This document shows, one piece after another, positions 57,029 through 64,000 of a DNA stretch of 64,000 nt. Under the pieces are notes generated by a model, which saw only the letters and a program-made list of their open reading frames with translations, did no database searches and was not told the origin of the DNA. The stretch's first letter is position 1; every line of letters begins with the position of its first letter. Made by a program: the position numbers and the translations under genes. Source of the DNA: Bacilli bacterium (GTDB lineage Bacteria; Bacillota_I; Bacilli_A; ML615J-28; CAG-698); NCBI GenBank assembly GCA_050174575.1, contig JBFXJT010000007.1, positions 6,648 to 70,647 of the forward strand, read 5' to 3'.

Positions 57029-58156
57029 TTATTTATTTTCTAGGGTGCTTGCTAAATCGAAAGTTGCCTTCTGTAAATAAACTTGAGCATTAGTGATTGC
57101 ATCTTCAATCGACTGGCTATAATCTGTTAATGCAATAATTTTTGTTAATCCTTTAGGAATGAGGGCTTTTTGTAGGTTTTCTGTTTGGCCAACAATAGCA
57201 TATAAAGGAATTTGAGCCGATTGAGCGTATTGTGAAATGCCATCAATGACTTTCCCCGTCATACTTTGGGAATCGAATCTTCCTTCCCCAGTTATAATCA
57301 TATCAGCATTTTGAATGATATTTTGAAATTTGATTAATTCTAAAAAAGTATTGATGCCTGATTTGATTTCTGAATTAAGGAATAATTTTGCACTAACAGT
57401 CATTCCTCCAGCTGCTCCAGCTCCAACAAAATTGGCATTAAACTGGAATTTTTTATATAACAAATCAGCCAGTTTCTTCATGCTTTCATCAAGTTTTATG
57501 ATATCTATTTCACTAGCACCTTTTTGTTTGGCATAGACAAAAGCTGCTCCGTTTGGTCCGTAAAGAGGATTCCTTACATCACATAATGTAGTGAATTTTG
57601 TTTTTAAAATTTGGGGATCAACTTTATCAATAAAAATATCGGTAATATCACCCAATGTTTCTCCGACAGGAAGAAAGGTGGTGTTATTTTGATCAACAAA
57701 CAAAACACCCAGACTATTGGCCATTCCCACGCCCATATCATTTGTAGCACTTCCGCCTAAACCCAGGATTATTTTTTTTGCTCCCCTTGCCACTGCATCT
57801 TTGATAATTTCCCCAACCCCATAAGTCGTTGTTAGGCAGGGGTTCTTTTTGTTCTTGACAAGCAACAACCCAGCACTAGCTGCCATTTCTACAATGGCTG
57901 TTTGCTCATCAATCATTCCATAAAAACCATCGATTTCTTCCATGTAAGGGCCTTTTGTTTTTAGAGTGATCTTTTCACCACCAACAGCAGCCAAATAACT
58001 GTCCACAAAACCATCTCCACCATCGGAAACAGGTATTTGAACAATCTTGGCATCAGGAAAAATTTCGTTTAGCGTTTTTCCAATAATAGTGGCGACCTCT
58101 TTACTTGTTAAGCATCCTTTATAAGAATCAGGTATTACAACAATTTTTTTAACCAT
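57029..58156 (-). CDS. Glycerate kinase (GarK/GlxK family)
   Basis: 375 aa. N-terminus MVKKIVVIPDSYKGCLTSKEV is typical of glycerate kinases. Confidence 0.85.
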   Translation of the reverse strand: MVKKIVVIPDSYKGCLTSKEVATIIGKTLNEIFPDAKIVQIPVSDGGDGFVDSYLAAVGGEKITLKTKGPYMEEIDGFYGMIDEQTAIVEMAASAGLLLVKNKKNPCLTTTYGVGEIIKDAVARGAKKIILGLGGSATNDMGVGMANSLGVLFVDQNNTTFLPVGETLGDITDIFIDKVDPQILKTKFTTLCDVRNPLYGPNGAAFVYAKQKGASEIDIIKLDESMKKLADLLYKKFQFNANFVGAGAAGGMTVSAKLFLNSEIKSGINTFLELIKFQNIIQNADMIITGEGRFDSQSMTGKVIDGISQYAQSAQIPLYAIVGQTENLQKALIPKGLTKIIALTDYSQSIEDAITNAQVYLQKATFDLASTLENK

Positions 58157-59411
58157 TGTTCCGTTCCTTAAAATCGGTCATAAAAACATTGTTACCAAGG
58201 CTTGGCATCTTTTTTTGCCATAATTTAGGTAAATAACGATAGTCTTGTTTAATAATATCGATTTCCTTTTTAAAACTATCAACAAAAGCTTGCTCGATAT
58301 TTGAGCACTTGCTTGCAAAGGCCACCAATTGATCTTTTGTCGGCTCTTTCGCAAATAAAGCTTCTTCTTCTTTAATAAATTGTTCTTGAATGTCATGCGC
58401 TTTTTGGAGGTATTGATCCTTTGCAATCAGTCTTCCAAAAATAGCTCTTGCTAATAATTCTCTTTCTAACCAATATTGATAACTGCTTTCTTTATCAACA
58501 AAAACAGGTGGAACATTGATTCCTAAAAAACAAGGTTTATAAATTGATAGGCAAGGAGAACTAGCTCCCGTTAGCCAAATGGTTGGAAGATGCTTGTGAA
58601 AATGAACAATCATGCTTGATGTTGTATGATCACCTAATAAACTTTGGTGCATGCAGACACTTCGAATGCTTCCTTTAGTAAATAAACGTTTTTCATCTTT
58701 TGGATGATGCGATGTTAAAATACCCATAATGTCTCTCAGGTCATTCGCTTGTTTCAGGCTTTCATAAACCGTTTTTTGACGGGTTTTTGCTTGAGAAAAA
58801 TAAGTTACAACTGGTTCCGTGTTTTGCTTTCTAAAATTTGAATATGTTTTGGACCCTTTTATATAATCCTTTTCAATTGTTAAGCGGTTACTAATATTCC
58901 CACTATCGGTTATTTCTTTTAAAACCCAATTTTTTACTACTGTTTCTAAAATATAGGAGTTTTCTCCATCTGTAATTAAATAAGAATTATCGTAATAAAA
59001 ATGTTTATCAAAACCACAGTTTCCGCCTTGACCATACTCATCAAGATAGTGAATAATAGTATCGACGGCCTCTTTCGCATTACTACTTTGCTCTAACCCT
59101 AGCCGTAGCAAATCCATTCCAAGCAGATGTTCGTCCTTTTTATTAGATGATTTTGTGAAGGTGGCTTCGTTCCCGATAACAACACCACAATCATTGATTC
59201 CCATTTCCCCGCCCCATATCCAACTCGGTTGGATTAAAAGTAGACTATGGATGCTGTTGGCATTCCCAATGGAAATGTATGTGCCTTTTTCGTTTATTTT
59301 CCTTTCATATTGTGGATAATATAAACACAAATTTGGTTCATTGGCACTTCGATCGCTATTTTTCCCAAAAAAAGCAGTTGTTTTAGTTTTTTTAAATAAT
59401 GTATCACACAT
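58149..59411 (-). CDS. C69-family (secernin-like) Ntn-hydrolase dipeptidase
   Basis: MCDTLF...FFGKNSDRSANEP matches the secernin/C69 N-terminus, with Cys as the N-terminal nucleophile. Start therefore placed at the Met immediately before Cys rather than the longer ORF start. Confidence 0.7.
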   Translation of the reverse strand: MCDTLFKKTKTTAFFGKNSDRSANEPNLCLYYPQYERKINEKGTYISIGNANSIHSLLLIQPSWIWGGEMGINDCGVVIGNEATFTKSSNKKDEHLLGMDLLRLGLEQSSNAKEAVDTIIHYLDEYGQGGNCGFDKHFYYDNSYLITDGENSYILETVVKNWVLKEITDSGNISNRLTIEKDYIKGSKTYSNFRKQNTEPVVTYFSQAKTRQKTVYESLKQANDLRDIMGILTSHHPKDEKRLFTKGSIRSVCMHQSLLGDHTTSSMIVHFHKHLPTIWLTGASSPCLSIYKPCFLGINVPPVFVDKESSYQYWLERELLARAIFGRLIAKDQYLQKAHDIQEQFIKEEEALFAKEPTKDQLVAFASKCSNIEQAFVDSFKKEIDIIKQDYRYLPKLWQKKMPSLGNNVFMTDFKERNNG

Positions 59412-59467
59412 GTTTTTCTCCTTACTTAATAATAAAATTAAGTGAAAACACAATCGATATAATTTTA

Positions 59468-59938
59468 TTAGTTATTAATATATAATTTTAAAATCTCTTC
59501 ATCATCGTCTTTTTCGTTTGTATCAATAAATCCATATTTTATGTAAAATTGATAAGGTTGTTCTCCGATCATCTCACAAGATGCATAAAGTGTTTTGATG
59601 TGTTCTTCTTTACATTTTTGGACAATTAAATCTAGGACTTGCTTGCCATAGCCTTTTTGCTGATATTGGCCCCCAATCATAAAACGCCAAAGATAATAGG
59701 CTGGCTGATCCTGTTTAATGGCATCTGGTTCATCAAGGGAAATCATGACAAATCCAATGGGTTGATCATCTAAATAAATGGCTCTAGGCCACGCTTTTAA
59801 AGGATTAACATATGCTTCCGCAATCGAAAAAACATTGGGAGCAACACAGCGCTTTTGGTAATCACTTAGTGTATTTGATAGGGATACTACTTCTCTTAAG
59901 TTGTCTTCGTTAATTATTTCTAAGGATATTTTGCCCAT
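59468..59938 (-). CDS. GNAT-family N-acetyltransferase
   Basis: 156 aa with the acetyl-CoA binding motif QQKGYGKQVL. Confidence 0.8.
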   Translation of the reverse strand: MGKISLEIINEDNLREVVSLSNTLSDYQKRCVAPNVFSIAEAYVNPLKAWPRAIYLDDQPIGFVMISLDEPDAIKQDQPAYYLWRFMIGGQYQQKGYGKQVLDLIVQKCKEEHIKTLYASCEMIGEQPYQFYIKYGFIDTNEKDDDEEILKLYINN

Positions 59939-60096
59939 ATTATTCTCCGTTTTAAAATCATTACACGGATTTCATCCGATGTTATTTTAGCAAAATTACA
60001 AGAATTTGTAAATTGATATTTTATAACTGGTTAATAATGCTAATAATTTTTATGGAACAAAAAAACCAATCAAAATCTATTGATTGGTAGTAAATA

Positions 60097-60987
60097 CTAT
60101 TTTTTTCTTACGGGAATCCAAATACCGCTTTCGTAATTGGCTTCTTGGGTTTTGTCACTGCTATACCATTCGATATTAGCACCTAAAGCTATTTCATAAT
60201 CGGGATTATTCGGTAACCATTCTTGGAATATTTTTGCATTAACCGCTTGAATTGCCCCTGGCATTGGTCCAACTACTTTAAACTTAGCCCACTCAACATC
60301 TTCAAAAGTGAATACCGTAAGTTCTTTCGGAGTTTCTTTGCCACGATAGAGGCCTGCAATGAGATATCGAAATGATGTAGGATCATCCTTAATCTCAATA
60401 CAAACACCAAATTCACCAATACAATTATCAATTACCACTTTTTGAAGAGTCGCAAACGAAGCTTCTTTTTTAAAAGGTTTTGCACAATACATTTGACGAA
60501 AGGTATCCCAAAACTTGGGAATTTCCTGATGGGCAGTATCAAATTTAAATATTTTTTCAAACCCAACAACAGTAAAACTTTCCATTTTTTCAACAATAAA
60601 ATCCATTTCTTCTCCTCCTTGAATTTCAATTCTTATTTTTAAAGGTAAGAAAACTTTTATTTTGTTAGCATCCGTCTTTACTTGATGCGGAGTGTAATTA
60701 TGGAACCTAGAAAAAGCTTTTGTGAAACTCTCCGGTGTTTCATAACCATACTTATAAGCAATATCAATTATCTTATCATTTCCATTGCAAATATCAAGTG
60801 CTGCTAAATAAAGTCGTCGATTTCTAATGTAATCTGATATTGAATACCCTGTCATTATCCTAAATCCTTTTTGTAAATAAAAAGAAGATACACAAACATT
60901 GTTTGCTACATCCTCGGCGCCAATAAAGTTGTGCAAGTTTGTTTCAATGTATTCTAAACTCTTCTTAATACAAGTCATCCACTCCAA
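60097..60987 (-). CDS. AraC-family transcriptional regulator with C-terminal GyrI-like effector-binding domain
   Basis: N-terminal AraC HTH (two helix-turn-helix units) and a C-terminal ~150-aa GyrI-like domain. Confidence 0.75.
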   Translation of the reverse strand: MEWMTCIKKSLEYIETNLHNFIGAEDVANNVCVSSFYLQKGFRIMTGYSISDYIRNRRLYLAALDICNGNDKIIDIAYKYGYETPESFTKAFSRFHNYTPHQVKTDANKIKVFLPLKIRIEIQGGEEMDFIVEKMESFTVVGFEKIFKFDTAHQEIPKFWDTFRQMYCAKPFKKEASFATLQKVVIDNCIGEFGVCIEIKDDPTSFRYLIAGLYRGKETPKELTVFTFEDVEWAKFKVVGPMPGAIQAVNAKIFQEWLPNNPDYEIALGANIEWYSSDKTQEANYESGIWIPVRKK

Positions 60988-61201
60988 GTCATTGTCCTCC
61001 TTACCTTTGTATTCATTATATTCTTCTTTGGCAATTTTATCTTGTCATAATTTGCTTTGTTTTGTCCGACATAATGTTATTTATAACTAATACTATAGAT
61101 TAAATAAAACATTAAAAAAGTGTAACATAATTTTAAAAAAAGTAGTCGCTATCAAAAACAATATTGTCTACTTTTTCTATCAATTTTTACATTTTAAAAT
61201 A

Positions 61202-61292
61202 TGGCGGAGGAAAGGGGATTTGAACCCCTGCGCCAGGTTAATGGCCTACTAGCTTTCCAAGCCAGCCCCTTCAGCCACTTGGGTACTCCTCC
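61202..61292 (-). tRNA. tRNA-Ser (anticodon GGA)
   Basis: 91 nt: GGAGGAG-TA-CCCAAGTGGCTGAAGGGG-CTGGC-TTGGAAA-GCTAG-(long variable arm)-GGGG-TTCAAAT-CCCC-T-TTCCTCC-GCCA. Confidence 0.85.
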
Positions 61293-61318
61293 AAATAAAG
61301 TATCACAAAGTGATACTT

Positions 61319-62113
61319 TTATAAAGCTCCATCAATAATCATCATTAATAAAAAACCAGCAATAAAGGACAAAGTTCCCAAATGCGAATGAGCATCAAGT
61401 TGTGCTTCAGGAATTAATTCTTCCACAACTACATAAATCATTGCACCAGCAGCAAATCCCAAAAACCATGGCATTATGGAAACCATTTGACTTGCCATCA
61501 ATAACCCCAGCGCTGCAAAAACTGGTTCTACAAAACCACTTAATGAACCAAAAAAGAATGATTTCTTTTTAGAAAGTTTATAATCCCTTAATGGAAGCGA
61601 TATTGCTGCTCCTTCAGGGAAGTTTTGAATACCAATACCAATAGCTATACCCAAGGCAGAACCTAATAAAACAGGATCATTTAGTTTTAAAGCATAACCA
61701 AAAGCTAAACCAACTGCCAAGCCTTCAGGAGCGTTGTGTAAAGCAACTGCTAAGATGAGCATTGTTGTTCGTTTGAATTTTGATCTTAAGCCTTCAGGTT
61801 GATCTTCATGAAGATGTAAATGCGGTAACAAATGGTCAACTAACAATAAGAAAATAACTCCAGCTAAAAACCCTATTGTTGGTGGAATCCAACTGGCTAG
61901 TCCACCATTAGATGAATCTTCCATTGCAGGAATCAATAATGACCAAACGGCTGCTGCAATCATAACTCCAGCTGCAAAACCTAAAAAAATTTGATTGAAG
62001 GAAACAGATAATTGTTTTTTTACAAAAAATACTAATCCTGCTCCTAAAGTTGTCATTATAAAAATAAAGGCAATACCAAAAATTGCGATTACTTCAGGTG
62101 AAAATCCGAACAT
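61319..62113 (-). CDS. zupT: ZIP-family metal transporter
   Basis: 264 aa, 8 TM, with HNAPEGLAVG and HNFPEGAAI metal-binding motifs. Confidence 0.85.
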   Translation of the reverse strand: MFGFSPEVIAIFGIAFIFIMTTLGAGLVFFVKKQLSVSFNQIFLGFAAGVMIAAAVWSLLIPAMEDSSNGGLASWIPPTIGFLAGVIFLLLVDHLLPHLHLHEDQPEGLRSKFKRTTMLILAVALHNAPEGLAVGLAFGYALKLNDPVLLGSALGIAIGIGIQNFPEGAAISLPLRDYKLSKKKSFFFGSLSGFVEPVFAALGLLMASQMVSIMPWFLGFAAGAMIYVVVEELIPEAQLDAHSHLGTLSFIAGFLLMMIIDGAL

Positions 62114-62114
62114 A

Positions 62115-62651
62115 TTATCTTCCTTTCAGAAATTTCTTCTTATAAACAGTCATTGATTTTTTAATTATATCAGTGGCCTTTTCTTTTCCATATACTTCAA
62201 ATCCCGTTGTCTCACGATGCTCCAGGTTTTTATAAACCATGAAGAAATGTTTAATTTCATCGGTAATATGTGGTGGTAATTCCTCTAAATTATGATAGTA
62301 ATTCCAAGTAGGGTCTTTAAAAGGAATTGCAATTATTTTATCATCAGTTTCTTCGTTATCAAGCATTCTAACAACACCGATTGGATAACACCTTACCATA
62401 CTCATTGGTTCTAATTCTTCACTGCAAAGAACTAAAACATCAAGTGGATCGTGGTCTTCCGCATATGTTCTTGGAATAAATCCATAATTGGCTGGATAGT
62501 GGGTTGAAGTGTAAAGAATACGATCAAGAATAATCAAACCGGTTTCTTTATCCATTTCATATTTCTTTTTGCTTCCTTTTGATATTTCAATCACCGCAAT
62601 AAAGTCTTCGATTTGAATTCGATCTGCACTAATATCATGCCAAATATTCAT
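62115..62651 (-). CDS. ppa: Inorganic pyrophosphatase (family I)
   Basis: 178 aa with the DHDPLDVLVL signature. Confidence 0.9.
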   Translation of the reverse strand: MNIWHDISADRIQIEDFIAVIEISKGSKKKYEMDKETGLIILDRILYTSTHYPANYGFIPRTYAEDHDPLDVLVLCSEELEPMSMVRCYPIGVVRMLDNEETDDKIIAIPFKDPTWNYYHNLEELPPHITDEIKHFFMVYKNLEHRETTGFEVYGKEKATDIIKKSMTVYKKKFLKGR

Positions 62652-62806
62652 TTTATTCCCCCTTATAATGATTAATTTCCATATAATATTCTACTATAAA
62701 ATGATTCATTTTCCAAGTAATTTCGGTAAAAAGAAAAAGATACTTTTACAAGTATTAAAAGTATCTTCTGAAGATTATAATTTATTATTAAAAGCATTCA
62801 TTAAAT

Positions 62807-64000
62807 TTAGATGGTATTGTTAATTAATGGTTCTTTAAAACGGTAAGTCATAACTATAAAGGCTAACAAAGCTGCAGTGAAGCCCATAATACCACCAAAA
62901 ATAAATGGTGCTGAACCACCGAACCAACTCCACAAACCGCCCGCCAACAACGAAGCAAATAATAAACCAATGCCCTGACATGTTCCATATAACCCAATAA
63001 TGGTTCCTTTTGCTTCTTTTGGTGCATACTCCGTAATAAAGGCTTTCTCAGCTCCCGTTATGATGGCTTGATACAGCCCATAAATCCCAAACAAAATCAT
63101 CAATGATGTTTTTGATGTGAAAAAAGCAAAACCTAAGTAAACTATGCCATATAATAAATATCCTGGAACGACAAGTTTCCGACGTCCAATTTTATCGGAC
63201 AGTTTACCCATTGGTAAAGAAAAGATTGTTGAAACTAAATGATATACCAAATAAAGAAGTAAAACTGAACTAGCACTGTAACCAGCATCAGTTGCTTTAA
63301 GTAATAAAAAAGCATTGCTCGAATTGCCTAGACTAAATAACAACACGACAACCAAATACCAAGTGATCCTTGGGTTTAATTTAAGACCTTTTAAAGAAAG
63401 CCGATTTCCCCATTTCTTGTGGTCCTTCTTCTCTTTTACAAGTAATAAAAAGATTAACCCAATGACTGCAGGAATGATTGACAAAAGAAAGATTGTTTTA
63501 AAAGCGTCTATATCAATAATCGAATTGTCGTTGACTAATTGTTGATATAATAAATAAGCAACCAAAAGACCCAAACCAGCTCCGAACATGTCGAGCATCT
63601 TGTGGAGCCCAAAAGATTTACCTAATGTTGTTGTATCGCCTGATTCAGCAACCAAAGCATCACGCGGTGCCGTCCTAATACCTTTACCAATGCGATCGAT
63701 TAATCGTGCAATCATAATGCCAATCCAACTTCCGGAGAAAAAGAGAATTATTTTATAAAAAATGGCACTTGAATAACCTAAAAAAGCTAATCGTTTTTTG
63801 TTTTGATATTTATCACCAATATAGCCCGAATAAACCTTAAGTAAAGCTGCTGTGCTTTCAGCAAACCCTTCAATAACCCCAACGATGGGAACGGATGCAA
63901 AGGTCTGCAAATAAATTGTTACAAGGGGATAAACCATTTCTGTCGATAAATCAATAAAAAAACTGACAAACCCCAAAAAAAGAATATTGATAACTCCTCG
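62807..64000 (-). CDS. MFS transporter (5' end beyond window)
   Basis: 12-TM-type hydrophobic profile. The reading frame stays open upstream to the window end (…GVINILFLGFVSFF), so the N-terminus is truncated by the window. Confidence 0.75.
   Translation of the reverse strand, partial: RGVINILFLGFVSFFIDLSTEMVYPLVTIYLQTFASVPIVGVIEGFAESTAALLKVYSGYIGDKYQNKKRLAFLGYSSAIFYKIILFFSGSWIGIMIARLIDRIGKGIRTAPRDALVAESGDTTTLGKSFGLHKMLDMFGAGLGLLVAYLLYQQLVNDNSIIDIDAFKTIFLLSIIPAVIGLIFLLLVKEKKDHKKWGNRLSLKGLKLNPRITWYLVVVLLFSLGNSSNAFLLLKATDAGYSASSVLLLYLVYHLVSTIFSLPMGKLSDKIGRRKLVVPGYLLYGIVYLGFAFFTSKTSLMILFGIYGLYQAIITGAEKAFITEYAPKEAKGTIIGLYGTCQGIGLLFASLLAGGLWSWFGGSAPFIFGGIMGFTAALLAFIVMTYRFKEPLINNTI

Noticed and set aside
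61137-61176. Hairpin (9-bp stem, 22-nt loop) downstream of tRNA-Ser(GGA) as a terminator
   Set aside because: The loop is very large and the U-tract lies inside the stem rather than after it; a terminator call is too weak.
1-64000. CRISPR arrays, transposases, integrases, prophage or defence-island genes
   Set aside because: I looked for short regularly spaced direct repeats and for integrase/transposase-like ORFs next to the three tRNA genes. None is present; the only repeats are the 18-bp in-CDS duplication and the palindromes reported above.

Overview
AT-rich (~33% GC) chromosomal segment from a low-GC Gram-positive gut anaerobe (Bacillota, possibly Erysipelotrichia-like; AC/GC lipobox lipoproteins throughout). 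About 55 genes are packed almost entirely on the minus strand, with a strand switch only at 26.0-29.3 kb and 56.3-57.0 kb. Main blocks, left to right: (1) a partial membrane GGDEF gene and a stand-alone cytoplasmic GH9 hydrolase; (2) a cytoplasmic maltodextrin operon malQ-malP-GH13; (3) a PadR-DUF1700-DUF4097 trio and a BspA-type LRR lipoprotein; (4) a complete lysine-fermentation (3-keto-5-aminohexanoate) operon kamA/kamD/kamE-kdd-kce-kal-atoDA, ending at tRNA-Val, preceded by a consensus sigma70 promoter and a lysine riboswitch whose terminator overlaps P1 in a way that predicts lysine-activated ('ON') control, and carrying an embedded P-loop ATPase gene that has no canonical start codon; (5) a speD-speE-PAS/GGDEF/hemerythrin operon; (6) a secreted S8 protease with a DUF5011 lipoprotein; (7) a ~15 kb PUL-like fructan utilisation operon (SBP, two ABC permeases, three GH32 lipoproteins of which two carry Glu in place of the canonical nucleophile Asp, a 914-aa lipoprotein built of four CBM-like repeats, LacI regulator, fructokinase) fronted by two LacI-type palindromic operators; (8) an ADP-ribosylglycohydrolase abutting tRNA-Ser, then leucine dehydrogenase and butyrate kinase; (9) a UvsE / B12-binding-domain / MacB-type ABC operon; (10) housekeeping genes (M28 peptidase, Gpx, glycerate kinase, C69 dipeptidase, GNAT, AraC/GyrI, tRNA-Ser, ZupT, PPase, MFS). 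No transposase, integrase, CRISPR array or recognisable defence system was seen. The most unusual content is the lysine-ON riboswitch with the start-codon-less P-loop gene, and the Gram-positive fructan locus with its divergent GH32 enzymes and poly-CBM surface protein.
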